53,433 bases of DNA from Cyanobacteria bacterium P01_A01_bin.123 (GTDB lineage: Bacteria; Cyanobacteriota; Cyanobacteriia; Phormidesmidales; Phormidesmidaceae): contig JBCBZT010000051.1 in assembly GCA_039815185.1 (NCBI GenBank), forward strand, positions 1 to 53,433. The letters are read 5' to 3'. The notes below the pieces were generated by a model. The model made no database searches. It saw nothing but the letters and a program-made list of their open reading frames with translations, and was not told where the DNA came from. This document shows, in pieces, positions 28,372 to 39,920 of this stretch. Position 1 is the first letter of the stretch. Every line of letters starts with the position of its first letter. The position numbers were made by a program, and so were the translations under genes.

Positions 28372-31300
28372 ATGAATTTGCATTTACTACTGGATAATCT
28401 TGCTCACAAAGGTGTAAAGCTTTCTACTAATAAAGGTTTACTATTCGTTGATACCCCTAAAGGAGTGATGACGCCAGAGCTGCAGGAGTCGTTAGCCGAA
28501 CATAAAGCAGAGATTCTCATGTTGTTGCACCAGAACAATATGAGTGCCAGTGATACTGCTCTACCCGCCATCGTGCCTGCACCAGAGTCGCGCTATGAGC
28601 CTTTTCCCCTGACGGATATGCAGCATGCCTTCTGGGTGGGGCGCAGCGGGGTATTAGAGTTAGGAACTGTGGCTAATCATGGTTATTACGAGATTGAAGG
28701 ACAGGATTTAGATCTGGGACAACTCAATTGGGCGCTGCAGAAAGTAATTGAGCGTCACGATATGTTGAGGGCTGTGGTGTTACCGGATGGCCAGCAGCAG
28801 GTTCTCAAACAGGTGTCGCTTTATCAAATTGAAGTTTTAGATCTGAGAGGACGAGAAGATCACGAGGTTGCTGCAGGGATCGAGGCAATGCGTCAGCAAA
28901 TGTCTCATCAGGTGTTGCCAGCTGATAAATGGCCCTTGTTTGAATTCAGAGCAACGCAATTGAATGATGGGCGGGTGCGATTGCATATCAGCTACGATCT
29001 GCAGATTTTTGACGCGTGGAGTTTGTTCCGCTTGTTTGATGAGTGGTTTCAACTTTATCAGGATCCTGAGATTGAATTAGTGCCGTTGGAACTTTCATTT
29101 CGGGATTATGCCCTGGCCGAGCAAGCTCTACAAGGAACGGAGTTGTATCAGCGATCGCAGCAGTATTGGCTTAGCCGTCTAGATGATCTGCCCCCAGCTC
29201 CAACCTTGCCATTAGCAAAAAATCCTAGAGAGCTCAAGCAGTATCGGACCAAGCGATATGAAGCGCAACTAGACAGCGCGGACTGGCCGCTGTTGAAGCA
29301 ACGGGCTGCTCAGGCTGGGTTAACCCCGTCTGGTGTTTTACTAGCCGCTTTTGCCGAGGTCTTGACAGTCTGGAACAGAAGTCCTCGGTTTACCATTAGC
29401 CTTGCCCTATTTAACCGTCTGCCACTACATCCGCAAGTGAATGACCTCTTAGGAGACTTCATCTCCGCGACACTGTTGACGATAGATAATTCAGGTTCTG
29501 AATCTTTTACTGACCGTGCTATCCGCCTACAACAGCAACTATGGCGGGATCTAGAGCACCGCTACTTTAGTGGAGTACGTGTGACCCGGGAACTCGCTCG
29601 CAGACAAGGCACAGCTCCCAGCGCTATTCCCATTGTCTTTACCAGTACTCTCGGATTAAGCTCCCTGGGTCAGGAAACGTCGACCTTCAGTCACTTTGGC
29701 GAGTTAGTCTATGGGATTAGTCAAGCTTCTCAAGCGTGGATGGATGTCCAAGTTTGGGAGGAGAAGGGAGCGTTGACCTTCAACTGGGATGTGGTTGAGG
29801 AACTGTTCCCTGACGGTTGCATCCAGGACATGTTTGAGGCTTATCGCCTTTTTCTTAAGCGGCTGGCGACTTCGGAGACTGCCTGGCTTGAACCTAACCG
29901 ACAATTAATCCCGCCTGCCCAGTTAGCCCAGCGATGCCTTGTCAATGCCACGGTTGCCCCGATCTCTGATGAGATGCTGCACACTTTATTTGCAGCACAA
30001 ATGCAAGCCAGGAAAAATGAGTCTGCCGTCATTTCATTCCAGCGCACCCTCTCTTATCGAGAACTCTACGAACTTTCAAATCAAGTGGGTCATAGGCTGC
30101 GAGCATTAGGGGTGACTCCTAACCAGTTAGTCGCTGTGGTTATGGAGAAAGGATGGGAGCAGGTTGTAGCAGTTATCGGTATCCTAGCGTCCGGTGCCGC
30201 CTACGTCCCTATTGATCCTGGACTGCCTCAAGAGCGAAGAGAATACTTACTGAAAAATAGTGAGATTGATATTGTTTTAACTCAATCTTGGCTTAAGGAG
30301 AAGCTTTCTTGGCCAGAAGATGTTCTGCAGCTGTGTATAGACAGTCAAGATTTAGAAGATGAAAGCAGAGATCCATTGGAGACCGTTCAAAAACCCGATG
30401 ATCTTGCTTACCTGATTTATACTTCTGGCTCTACGGGGGTTCCTAAAGGGGTGATGATTAATCACCGTGGTGCGGTTAATACAATCCTTGATATCAATCG
30501 GCGCTTTAACGTTAGCTCATCTGATCGAGTCTTCGCGTTATCTTCTCTGAGTTTTGACCTGTCAGTCTATGACATCTTTGGTGCTTTGGCTGCTGGAGGG
30601 GCAATTGTGATTCCCAATGCCTCATGTGAGCGTGAGCCAGCTCACTGGATTCAGCTGATATCCCAGCACAGGGTCACCCTTTGGAACTCAGTGCCAGCTT
30701 TAATGCAGATGATGGTTGATTGCGCAGTGAATGAATCTGGAGCCCTAGGAAACCTACGATTGATCTTGCTTAGTGGAGACTGGCTGCCATTAACCTTGCC
30801 AACTCAGATTAAAGACTTGGTTGAAGATGTTCACGTAATTAGCTTGGGAGGCGCCACTGAGGCCTCTATTTGGTCTATTCTTTACCCGATTCAGGACGTT
30901 AATCCAGCTTGGAAGAGTATTCCCTATGGTCGACCCATGGACAATCAGGGTTTCCAGGTGCTCGATGAGTCGCTAGCCTCCTGTCCTGTATGGGTTCCAG
31001 GGCAGCTTCACATCAGCGGAATTGGCCTGGCGATGGGGTACTGGCGCGAGGAAGCTAAAACGAAAGCGAGTTTTATTACACATCCTCAGACCGGTGAAAG
31101 ATTATATCGAACCGGGGACCTAGGGCGTTATCTCCCCGGTGGGAATATTGAGTTCTTAGGTCGAGAAGACTTCCAGGTCAAAATTGGTGGGTATCGTATT
31201 GAGTTAGGAGAAATTGAGGCGGTGCTAGTGCGGCATCCCGCTGTGAGTAAAGCAGTTGTGACGGTAGTGGGAAACCAACTAAATGAAAAGCGGCTAGTTG

Positions 31301-31845
31301 CCTATGTGGTTTCCAAACAAGAGATCTCCATTGATGAACTGCGATGCTTTCTGCGTGATCAATTGCCGGAGTATATGCTGCCATCAGCTTTCATGTTTCT
31401 GGAAAACTTACCGCTGTCGGCAAATGGCAAAGTAGATCGCCGTGCGCTTCCTGTTCCAGATAGTTCTGGGGGGGAACAAGACGTTGATTTTGTTGCACCC
31501 CAAAACGATATTGAACAAACGATCGCATCTATTTGGCAAGCTGTCCTTAAACTAGAAAAAGTAGGTGTAAATAGTAACTTTTTTGAGATAGGTGGGAATT
31601 CACTGCTGATTACGAAAGTTTACAGCCAGCTCAAAAATGTTTTACCCAATATGGTAGAGTATATCTCGTTGGTGGATTTATTTAAGTACTCAACAATTTG
31701 CTCTCTCGCTAAGCATCTAAACCAACCCCAACAGATAGCGTCGCCAGAGCTAGAAAATTTAGAGTTGGGTAAGCAATTATCAGTTGGCAAGGTTCGCCTA
31801 AAGCAAAGATTGAAGAAGTCAAGAGACGCGAATCTACAAGTCTAG
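28372..31845 (+). CDS. NRPS: docking-Cy-A(Cys)-PCP
   Basis: PFPLTDMQHAF; cyclisation motif DLQIFDAWS (DxxxxDxxS); A-domain cores YTSGSTG and YRTGD; specificity code read as DLYNLSLIWK (Cys); PCP GGNSL. Confidence 0.93.
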   Translation: MNLHLLLDNLAHKGVKLSTNKGLLFVDTPKGVMTPELQESLAEHKAEILMLLHQNNMSASDTALPAIVPAPESRYEPFPLTDMQHAFWVGRSGVLELGTVANHGYYEIEGQDLDLGQLNWALQKVIERHDMLRAVVLPDGQQQVLKQVSLYQIEVLDLRGREDHEVAAGIEAMRQQMSHQVLPADKWPLFEFRATQLNDGRVRLHISYDLQIFDAWSLFRLFDEWFQLYQDPEIELVPLELSFRDYALAEQALQGTELYQRSQQYWLSRLDDLPPAPTLPLAKNPRELKQYRTKRYEAQLDSADWPLLKQRAAQAGLTPSGVLLAAFAEVLTVWNRSPRFTISLALFNRLPLHPQVNDLLGDFISATLLTIDNSGSESFTDRAIRLQQQLWRDLEHRYFSGVRVTRELARRQGTAPSAIPIVFTSTLGLSSLGQETSTFSHFGELVYGISQASQAWMDVQVWEEKGALTFNWDVVEELFPDGCIQDMFEAYRLFLKRLATSETAWLEPNRQLIPPAQLAQRCLVNATVAPISDEMLHTLFAAQMQARKNESAVISFQRTLSYRELYELSNQVGHRLRALGVTPNQLVAVVMEKGWEQVVAVIGILASGAAYVPIDPGLPQERREYLLKNSEIDIVLTQSWLKEKLSWPEDVLQLCIDSQDLEDESRDPLETVQKPDDLAYLIYTSGSTGVPKGVMINHRGAVNTILDINRRFNVSSSDRVFALSSLSFDLSVYDIFGALAAGGAIVIPNASCEREPAHWIQLISQHRVTLWNSVPALMQMMVDCAVNESGALGNLRLILLSGDWLPLTLPTQIKDLVEDVHVISLGGATEASIWSILYPIQDVNPAWKSIPYGRPMDNQGFQVLDESLASCPVWVPGQLHISGIGLAMGYWREEAKTKASFITHPQTGERLYRTGDLGRYLPGGNIEFLGREDFQVKIGGYRIELGEIEAVLVRHPAVSKAVVTVVGNQLNEKRLVAYVVSKQEISIDELRCFLRDQLPEYMLPSAFMFLENLPLSANGKVDRRALPVPDSSGGEQDVDFVAPQNDIEQTIASIWQAVLKLEKVGVNSNFFEIGGNSLLITKVYSQLKNVLPNMVEYISLVDLFKYSTICSLAKHLNQPQQIASPELENLELGKQLSVGKVRLKQRLKKSRDANLQV

Positions 31846-31967
31846 TTCTTGGCTACAGCAGTGATTAGTAACTGTAAGCCTCGTTGAGTGACTAATCTAG
31901 AACAAAAGCTCTGGAACAAAAACTACTGTTGAATGTAGGGTTCACAATTTTGTGATGATATGTGGTC

Positions 31968-34900
31968 ATGATGTCTGAATCAACTGGCTTAGAAGTCGCC
32001 GTAATTGGCATTTCAGGACGTTTTCCAAAGAGTAAAGGCGTTGAGAGTTTTTGGGAAAATCTGATAAATGGCATCGAGTTGACCTCGATTTTTTCTGATT
32101 CAGACTCTGAAGGTATAGATTCTGACAAGCAGCTTAGTAAGTCAGTCAAAACAGGCGCTATTCTTGACGATATTGAACTGTTTGATGCTTCATTTTTTGG
32201 ATTTAATCCCAGAGAAGCAGAGACAATGGATCCGCAACATCGCCTGTTTTTAGAATGTGCTTGGGAGGCGCTAGAAAACGCGGGCTATAACTCCGAAATA
32301 GAAGAAAGGCTGATAGGCGTGTATGCCGGTGTGGGCATGGGCACTTATTTGCTCTATAACTTGAGCCCAAACCGCAACTTAATAGAGTCAAGAGGGTTTT
32401 TGCCCACCCTAGTGGGTGTCGATAAAGATTATCTGCCCACGCGGGTCTCTTATAAATTAAATCTTAAAGGACCGAGCTTGAGTGTCGGCACAGCATGTTC
32501 CAGTTCACTCGTGGCAGTTCATTTAGCCTGTCAAAGTTTACTCAGTGGTGAATGTGACATGGCCCTGGCTACAGGGGTTGCTGTCAAGGTTCCTCAAAGC
32601 GAATTAACCTTGTCCCCAGGCGAAATTGCGTCTCCGGATGGGCATTGCCGAGCGTTTGATGCCAAGGCGAATGGCACAACGGGTGGCAATGGTATCGGCG
32701 TTGTTGTCCTCAAGCGGCTGGAAGATGCGATCGCCGATAGAGATTATATTTATGCGGTTATCAAAGGGTCCGCGATTAATAATGACGGAGCAGTTAAGGT
32801 GGGCTACACGGCTCCCAGTGAGGAAGGTCAAGCCAGGGCTATTAGAGCGGCTCAAATCATGGCTGAAGTGGAGCCAGAAACCATCACGTATATCGAAGCC
32901 CACGGCACCGGAACGACCTTAGGAGATCCTATCGAAGTCGCAGCGTTGAAACGCGCGTTTCGAACCAGTACGGATAAGAAAGACTACTGTGCGCTGGGCT
33001 CGGTGAAAACGAATGTCGGGCATCTGGATGCAGCCGCGGGAATTGCCGGTTTAATTAAGACGGTTTTGGCGCTTGATCGCAAACTGTTGCCGCCGACGCT
33101 CAACTTCGAGACGCCCAATCCCCAAATTGATTTTGAAAATAGCCCGTTTTACGTGAACACTGAGCTTTCGGAGTGGGAAGCTAATGGCACTCCTCGCCGT
33201 GCTGGCGTTAGCTCCTTCGGATTTGGCGGCACCAATGCCCATGTCATTCTGGAAGAAGCCCCTGTTTTGGAAATGCCCAGTGCTTCCAGGGCTAAGCAAC
33301 TCATTCTGCTTTCCGCTAAAACCAGCTCGGCTTTAGAAACGATGACGGCTAACTTAGCGACACACTTAAAGCACCATCCAGCCCTAAACTTAGCTGATGT
33401 TGCTTATACCCTCCAAATGGGCCGTCAAGGGTTTAGTCATCGCCGCATGATCTTGGCAGAAGACGTTGAAGATGTCCTAGACGCCCTAGCGGCCGATCCA
33501 CAACGGGTTTTGAACCAATTTCACGAGTTAACTGAGCGCTCTGTTGCGTTCATGTTCAACGGTCAAGGCGCGCAGTATGTCAACATGGCGCAGGAAATCT
33601 ACCAAAGCGAGCCGGTATTCCGCCAAATGTGCGATCGCTGTTGTGACTTGCTCCAGCCTCAACTCGGGTTAGATTTGCGAAAACTGCTATATCCCACCGA
33701 TACAGGGGCTGAAAAGGCGGCACAGCAATTGCAGCAGACGGCAATTACGCAACCGGCTCTCTTTGTTATTGAGTACGCTTTGGCCCAATTGTGGATGTCT
33801 TGGGGCGTGCATCCGGTGGCGATGATTGGTCACAGCATCGGTGAATATGTGGCAGCCTGCCTTGCAGGTGTTTTTTCCCTTGAAGATGCGTTAGCGCTGG
33901 TGACAGTGCGCGGTCAACTGATGCAGCAGTTACCCTCAGGGAGTATGCTAGCGGTTCCTTTATCAGAAAAAGAGGTGCAACCCTGGTTGGGTAAAACGCT
34001 CTCTCTGGCAACCATTAATGGGACTTCTTCCTGTGTCATTTCGGGGGCAACAGAGGCGATCGCAGCGCTCCAAAATCAGTTATCCTCCGCTGGCATAGGA
34101 AGTCGGCGTCTGCACACTTCCCATGCCTTCCATTCGCCAATGATGGAGCCTATTCTAGAGGCTTTCCAAGCACGGTTTCAGCAAGTTAATTTAACGTCTC
34201 CAAAAATTCCCTATATTTCTAATCTCACCGGTACCTGGATTACGGCTCAGGACGCAACCTCTCCGGCTTATTGGACTGCGCATCTTCGGCAAACAGTGCG
34301 CTTCGCTGAAGGCTTGCAAGTATTGTTGAATCAACCGACTCAAGTGTTGCTAGAGGTGGGGCCTGGTAGAACGTTAAGTCAATTAGCAAAGCAGCACCCA
34401 GCGAAGCAACCTGAACAGGTTGTATTAACGTCACTCCGCCATCCCCAAGAGAAACAATCAGATGTGGCGTTTTTGTTGAACACCTTGGGGCAACTTTGGC
34501 TGACGGGTGTGCGGGTGGATTGGTCAGGATTTTACGCCCATGAGCAGCGCCATCGTCTCCCCTTGCCCACCTATCCTTTTGAGCGTGAGCGTTACTGGAT
34601 TGATCCCCCTAAGTCGGCAACTGGGGCGTATGAGTCCTTACCAACCACCCTGTGGAAAGCTCTCGTGCAGGCTGGTCAGCATCAGGCAACGGTGGGGACG
34701 GCTGAATTCGACGAGCAGGCTTATTTAGAAAATCGACCCAGCTTGGAATCGTTGTGTCTGGCCTATATGAACAGGGCGCTAAGGCAGCTAGGTGCATTTG
34801 CCAAGGACTCTCAGCAATATTCAATTGAGAGTCTTTTTGAGCAGTTTTCGATCAGTGCTCGCTATCGGCAACTGTTGTCTCACTGGCTGCAAGTCTTGGT

Positions 34901-37900
34901 CGAACGGGGTCACCTACAGCAAGATGGAAAGCGATTTAGCCAGCTGGTGCCCTGTTCAACTGACTCCATCATGGATCGCTTAAGGGAGGTCAGAGTCAGG
35001 TGGGCAGACAAACCGAAAGGGATTGATTTAATCGAGCGTTGTGGTGAAAATCTCGTCTCTGTCCTGAGGGGCGAAAAAGAACCGTTGGAACTTTTCCAGG
35101 GGCTGCTGTACGACTTTGATGAAGCAGAAGATGACAACCTCGAATTCCCCTGGCATACCTACTACAACAGCATATTGCGGGCGATTGCCCAACAAGTTGT
35201 TGACTCATTGCCCCGGTCAACGCACTTGAGAGTGCTTGAAATCGGCGGTGGCCAAGGGTTAGCTACGCGGGAACTGCTCCCAGTATTGCCATCCGACCGG
35301 ACGAACTACACCTTTACAGATGTGGGGGCAGCAGCCTTAAACCGATGCAAAAAGCAATTTAGTGACTACCCGTTTATCGACTATCGCTTCCTGGACATTG
35401 AGCGGCCTCCCACTGAACAGGGGTATGAAAGCCACAGTTTTGATTTGGTGGTAGCCGTCAATGTGCTGCATGTGACTAAAAGCATGGCAGAAACCCTCCA
35501 ACATGTCCGCTCTCTACTCGCGCCTAATGGTCTGCTGTTGATGTGGGAGATCACTGAAGCTGCCTTAGACTTCGACATCACCTGGGGTTTGTTAATGAAC
35601 CCGTTGGAGGATGAGGAACGCAGCCGAGGGAATCCATTTTTAGCCAAACAGCAGTGGCAAGAAGCACTTTTGCGCCATGGGTTTGTGGAAGTTGAAGCTT
35701 TCCCTGAAATGGATACATTGGGACAGCATATTCTAGTTGCACAGGCATCCATGCTAGCCACGTTAACGGCTCCAGCCGCATTTACAACAACCCTTGAGCC
35801 CAAAGATGCTGAGCAAACTCCGCCAGTTTCATTTGGCAAAAGGCCAGATATGGCCGAGTGGTTCTATCTCCCTTCATGGAAACGCTCAATGCCACCGTCC
35901 CTATTGCAATCACAGAGACAGGCAACTGAGCCAGAATGCTGGCTGGTGTTTGTCGATGAATGGGCTCTGGGAGGGCAAATCCTGAAGCGACTGGAGTATG
36001 AAGGTCATGATGTGATTACAGTCAGGGTAGGGACGCAATTTAGTAGCAATGAGCACTTAGCCCAAGGCCAACGAGGGTATACCATCAATCCTCAACAAAG
36101 TGGTGACTACGAAACTCTGCTTCAAGACCTGCTGGCTCATCAGTTGAGACCTACAAAAATTTTACATCTGTGGAATGTGGTATCGCAGAGAAGTCCCGCA
36201 TCAGGACTAGAAGCAACTAACCTGACTCAAGAAAAAGGATTCTACTCCCTGCTGTTTTTAGTACAGGCGTTAGAGAAACAGAATCTGACGGATGAATTGC
36301 AAATTGCCGTCATTTCCAACGACATGCAGCCAGTCACCGGGAAAGAAACGCTCTCTCCAGAGAAGGCCACCTTGCTGGGAGCTGTGAGAGCCATTCCGCT
36401 AGAATATCCCCACATCTGCTGCCGCAGTATCGATATCTTGCTTCCCGAGGATGGTAGTTGGCAGGAGGAAATGCTTTTAGAGACTCTGTGGGCAGAACTC
36501 AAGGCCAATCCTTCTGACGACGTTATTGCTTACCGTGATCTTCATCGCTGGGTGCCAGCCCTTGAGCCAGTTCGATTGACTGAAGCCTTTGAGGGCACAT
36601 CCAGATTAAGACAAGCGGGTGTCTATCTGATTACCGGTGGACTCGGAACGATTGGACTTACCCTGGCTTCATATCTCACGAAAGCGGTACGCGCCAAGCT
36701 CATCCTGACCGGACGTTCAGCGTTTCCAGCAAAAGATAAATGGGACGAGTGGTTAAGCAGTCACGATCGCGACGATGATGTCAGCCATAAGATTGGCCAA
36801 CTAAAAGCTCTGGAAAAACTAGGTGCTGAAGTTTTCATAGCGCAGGTAGATGTCGCCAACCTCGAATCAATGCAACCAGTCATTGCTCAAGCTCAGGAAC
36901 AGTTTGGTTCGATTAATGGCGTCATCCACGCGGCTGGCGTTTTGGGGGAAGGTCTGATTGGGCTCAAAACCCGTGAGGACGTTGAAAGCGTCTTCGCGCC
37001 TAAGGTGGGGGGAACACGCGTTCTCGATACAATCTTCAAAGATAGTGAGCTGGATTTTATCGTTCTTTGCTCATCGGGTACGGCAGTCACTCCGATATCT
37101 GGACAGATTAGCTATTCTGCAGCCAATAACTTTCTCGATGCCTTTGCTCATTACAAAACTGCTGCCGATGGAACGCCTGTCATCTCTCTCAATTGGGCGA
37201 CCTGGCAAGGCAGTGGCATGGCAGTAGAGGCCGCGAAAAAATTAGTGCAAACCCGAAGTATTGCGCAACCTCAATCCCGCTCAGTGAACCATCCGTTATT
37301 CGACCGAGTGCTCGTTGAAGGATTAGACGAAACCTATACCTCTAACTTGAGTGCCAGGAAATATTGGGTTTTGGATGAGCATCGGGTTAGGGGCCAAGCA
37401 ACCCTTCCTGGCACGGCCTATCTGGAGATGGTTTTAGCGGCAGGTGAAAGCCATTCTCGGAAAAAGACACTGGAAATCCAAGACATGACTTTTCTGACCC
37501 CACTGGTCTTAGAGGAGGATCAAGAGAAGGCGGTGCGAACCTGCTTACACAAGTGGGGAGATGGCTTTGAATTCCGGATTGTGAGCCAATCACACCCAGA
37601 GTCTGAGGACTGGATTGAACATGCTACGGGGAAAATCAGCTTTACCGAATCAACAGTGCTTGAAAAGCATAACCTTCAAGAAATTGAGGCCAGCTTTCAG
37701 CCGGGCGACGTCATGCCTGCGAAACAGCAATATGGGCCGCCAACCGAACTGTTAGCGCTAGGGGAAAGATGGCGCTGCGTTGAGCGAGTCAAGCTAGGGA
37801 AAAATCGAGGGTTTGCCGTTCTGGAGTTGCCGGAGGCATTTAGGGATGACCTGAACGCATACAAGCTTCATCCCTCCCTATTCGATTGCGCCCTTGGCTT

Positions 37901-39920
37901 TCCCATTCTCAAACTCCAAGCAGACAGTTTTTATCTGCCATTTTCCTATAAGAAGCTCAGGATAAACGGGGCGCTGCCGTCCAAAGTTCATAGCTACGTC
38001 ACAACCGTTGAGAATTTTCAGCCCCAAGCCGAGACGCTGAGTTTCAACATCACGATCATAGATGACCAGGGAACGGAGCTGGTTAAGGTTGAAGACTATA
38101 CCCTAAGGCGTTTAGATCTCGGAAAAGGGGATTTTGGAAAAGGAGATCTGGGAGACCCTGATGCGATTACAGCTCCACTATCTGCGCCTCAAAACGGAGC
38201 AGCGTCGCTGGCCGAAGATAGCATCCCTAGTAGCGAGAATTTCTATTTAGACATTTCATCTCCGGGCAGCCTGGATACCCTAACGTTTCGCTCCGACACG
38301 CGTAAGAAGCCTGGGCCAGGAGAGGTGGAAATTGAAGTCAGTGTGACGGGTCTCAATTTCAAAGAGGTACTGTTTGCCTCGGGATTAATGCCGCCTGCTG
38401 CACCTGGCTTTAAATTCGGACTCGAATGTGCCGGCCAGATCGTTGCTGTGGGAGAAGCGGTTAAAGACTTTGCGATCGGCGATGAGGTGATGGCCTTTGG
38501 CTCTTCGTGCTTCAGCCGATTTATCACAACGCCCGCTCGGTTAGTGGCTCCGAAGCCAGCGCATCTGAGTATGCAGGAAGCCGCCACAATGCCGATCTCC
38601 TTTACCACGGCTTACCATGCCCTCATTAAGCTGGGACAGCTTAGTAAAGGGGAGAAGGTATTGATTCATGCGGCGACGGGTGGTGTGGGGATGGCGGCCG
38701 TCCAGATCGCCCAGTGGGTGGGAGCAGAAATTTTCGCGACCGCTGGCAACCCTGAAAAGCGGCAGTTCTTGCACTCATTAGGCATTGAACATGTCATGGA
38801 TTCTCGGTCTGTGGCGTTTGCTGATGAAGTGATGCAACAGACTCGCGGCAGCGGGGTAGATGTTGTTTTGAATTCATTGGGTGGGGAGTTTGTCCCGAAG
38901 GGGCTCTTGGTGCTGGCTCGCTATGGACGCTTCCTAGAACTGGGGCTGCGAGATATCCTCAACCATAGCCAATTGGATCTCGGGGCCTTCGAGAAACGCC
39001 TATCGTTCTTTGCGATTCAAGTTGATCCAGAATTACCTAATTTCAATGCTCTGTGGCGTGAACTCGTGCATCATTTTCAAGCGAGTGATTTTGCGCCCCT
39101 GCCTCATAAAGCGTTTCCCATCACAGCAGTGGCCGAGGCTTTTAAATATATGGCCGAGGCCAAGCATATCGGCAAGATTGTGGTCTCCTTGGAAGATAAA
39201 GCCGCCATCAGAAACCTGGTGCTGGCGAAACCTGGCGTGAGTCAGCACGCCAGAGAAGCGCTGCCCTCTCCGGCTGTACGATCGCGTCAGCCTTCCAGCA
39301 GGGCTTCCATCAGGTCTAATGCCTTTAAAGAGCCGATGACTACCAGTGAATTCCAAGTAGATTTTCTCAAGGATGGATTACTACCCTCAGAAGGCATTGA
39401 GGTATTTAAACGGGTTTTAGGGAGTGCAGTCCCTCAAATTTTGGTCTCGACCACGGATCTATTGGCTGGCACTCATCACCAACTGATGGGTCATATACTC
39501 ACTTCTCCAGAGGTGATAGATCAGCCTAAACGAGGCGTACTGGCTCCACCAACCCATGCAAGACCGCCGGTCAATAATGATTACGTCGCGCCTAAAAATG
39601 AGGTTGAGAAAAAGCTTGCCACTATCTGGCAAGAGGTGCTTGGAATCAAGCAGGTCGGGATTGGCGATAACTTTTTTGAGCTTGGTGGCGATTCACTCTT
39701 GATTGTTCAGGTTCGTAGCAAGCTACAAGAAACATTCAAGAAAGATTTTTCCACCACTGATTTATTTCAATATCCGACCATCAGCGATTTGACGAAATAT
39801 ATCAGCCAAGAAGTTGAGCAGCCGACTTTTCAGCAAGCTCACACCCGTGCCAAGCGGCAGCAAGATGCGATGGCCGAAGAACTCCAACTGATGCGGCGAA
39901 GGAGGAAAGGACGTGGATAA
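31968..39920 (+). CDS. Type I PKS module 1: KS-AT-cMT-KR(with DH-ER insert)-ACP
   Basis: KS TACSSS/HGTGT/NVGH; AT GHSIG/HAFH (malonyl); MT LEIGGGQG/NVLH; KR TGGLGTIG/YSAAN; DH HRVRGQATLP; ER HAATGGVG; ACP GGDSL. Confidence 0.93.
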   Translation: MMSESTGLEVAVIGISGRFPKSKGVESFWENLINGIELTSIFSDSDSEGIDSDKQLSKSVKTGAILDDIELFDASFFGFNPREAETMDPQHRLFLECAWEALENAGYNSEIEERLIGVYAGVGMGTYLLYNLSPNRNLIESRGFLPTLVGVDKDYLPTRVSYKLNLKGPSLSVGTACSSSLVAVHLACQSLLSGECDMALATGVAVKVPQSELTLSPGEIASPDGHCRAFDAKANGTTGGNGIGVVVLKRLEDAIADRDYIYAVIKGSAINNDGAVKVGYTAPSEEGQARAIRAAQIMAEVEPETITYIEAHGTGTTLGDPIEVAALKRAFRTSTDKKDYCALGSVKTNVGHLDAAAGIAGLIKTVLALDRKLLPPTLNFETPNPQIDFENSPFYVNTELSEWEANGTPRRAGVSSFGFGGTNAHVILEEAPVLEMPSASRAKQLILLSAKTSSALETMTANLATHLKHHPALNLADVAYTLQMGRQGFSHRRMILAEDVEDVLDALAADPQRVLNQFHELTERSVAFMFNGQGAQYVNMAQEIYQSEPVFRQMCDRCCDLLQPQLGLDLRKLLYPTDTGAEKAAQQLQQTAITQPALFVIEYALAQLWMSWGVHPVAMIGHSIGEYVAACLAGVFSLEDALALVTVRGQLMQQLPSGSMLAVPLSEKEVQPWLGKTLSLATINGTSSCVISGATEAIAALQNQLSSAGIGSRRLHTSHAFHSPMMEPILEAFQARFQQVNLTSPKIPYISNLTGTWITAQDATSPAYWTAHLRQTVRFAEGLQVLLNQPTQVLLEVGPGRTLSQLAKQHPAKQPEQVVLTSLRHPQEKQSDVAFLLNTLGQLWLTGVRVDWSGFYAHEQRHRLPLPTYPFERERYWIDPPKSATGAYESLPTTLWKALVQAGQHQATVGTAEFDEQAYLENRPSLESLCLAYMNRALRQLGAFAKDSQQYSIESLFEQFSISARYRQLLSHWLQVLVERGHLQQDGKRFSQLVPCSTDSIMDRLREVRVRWADKPKGIDLIERCGENLVSVLRGEKEPLELFQGLLYDFDEAEDDNLEFPWHTYYNSILRAIAQQVVDSLPRSTHLRVLEIGGGQGLATRELLPVLPSDRTNYTFTDVGAAALNRCKKQFSDYPFIDYRFLDIERPPTEQGYESHSFDLVVAVNVLHVTKSMAETLQHVRSLLAPNGLLLMWEITEAALDFDITWGLLMNPLEDEERSRGNPFLAKQQWQEALLRHGFVEVEAFPEMDTLGQHILVAQASMLATLTAPAAFTTTLEPKDAEQTPPVSFGKRPDMAEWFYLPSWKRSMPPSLLQSQRQATEPECWLVFVDEWALGGQILKRLEYEGHDVITVRVGTQFSSNEHLAQGQRGYTINPQQSGDYETLLQDLLAHQLRPTKILHLWNVVSQRSPASGLEATNLTQEKGFYSLLFLVQALEKQNLTDELQIAVISNDMQPVTGKETLSPEKATLLGAVRAIPLEYPHICCRSIDILLPEDGSWQEEMLLETLWAELKANPSDDVIAYRDLHRWVPALEPVRLTEAFEGTSRLRQAGVYLITGGLGTIGLTLASYLTKAVRAKLILTGRSAFPAKDKWDEWLSSHDRDDDVSHKIGQLKALEKLGAEVFIAQVDVANLESMQPVIAQAQEQFGSINGVIHAAGVLGEGLIGLKTREDVESVFAPKVGGTRVLDTIFKDSELDFIVLCSSGTAVTPISGQISYSAANNFLDAFAHYKTAADGTPVISLNWATWQGSGMAVEAAKKLVQTRSIAQPQSRSVNHPLFDRVLVEGLDETYTSNLSARKYWVLDEHRVRGQATLPGTAYLEMVLAAGESHSRKKTLEIQDMTFLTPLVLEEDQEKAVRTCLHKWGDGFEFRIVSQSHPESEDWIEHATGKISFTESTVLEKHNLQEIEASFQPGDVMPAKQQYGPPTELLALGERWRCVERVKLGKNRGFAVLELPEAFRDDLNAYKLHPSLFDCALGFPILKLQADSFYLPFSYKKLRINGALPSKVHSYVTTVENFQPQAETLSFNITIIDDQGTELVKVEDYTLRRLDLGKGDFGKGDLGDPDAITAPLSAPQNGAASLAEDSIPSSENFYLDISSPGSLDTLTFRSDTRKKPGPGEVEIEVSVTGLNFKEVLFASGLMPPAAPGFKFGLECAGQIVAVGEAVKDFAIGDEVMAFGSSCFSRFITTPARLVAPKPAHLSMQEAATMPISFTTAYHALIKLGQLSKGEKVLIHAATGGVGMAAVQIAQWVGAEIFATAGNPEKRQFLHSLGIEHVMDSRSVAFADEVMQQTRGSGVDVVLNSLGGEFVPKGLLVLARYGRFLELGLRDILNHSQLDLGAFEKRLSFFAIQVDPELPNFNALWRELVHHFQASDFAPLPHKAFPITAVAEAFKYMAEAKHIGKIVVSLEDKAAIRNLVLAKPGVSQHAREALPSPAVRSRQPSSRASIRSNAFKEPMTTSEFQVDFLKDGLLPSEGIEVFKRVLGSAVPQILVSTTDLLAGTHHQLMGHILTSPEVIDQPKRGVLAPPTHARPPVNNDYVAPKNEVEKKLATIWQEVLGIKQVGIGDNFFELGGDSLLIVQVRSKLQETFKKDFSTTDLFQYPTISDLTKYISQEVEQPTFQQAHTRAKRQQDAMAEELQLMRRRRKGRG

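Noticed and set aside
38121..38152. GKGDFGKGDLG mini-duplication in PKS1
   Set aside because: A 15-bp slippage in the DH-ER linker with no evident function.
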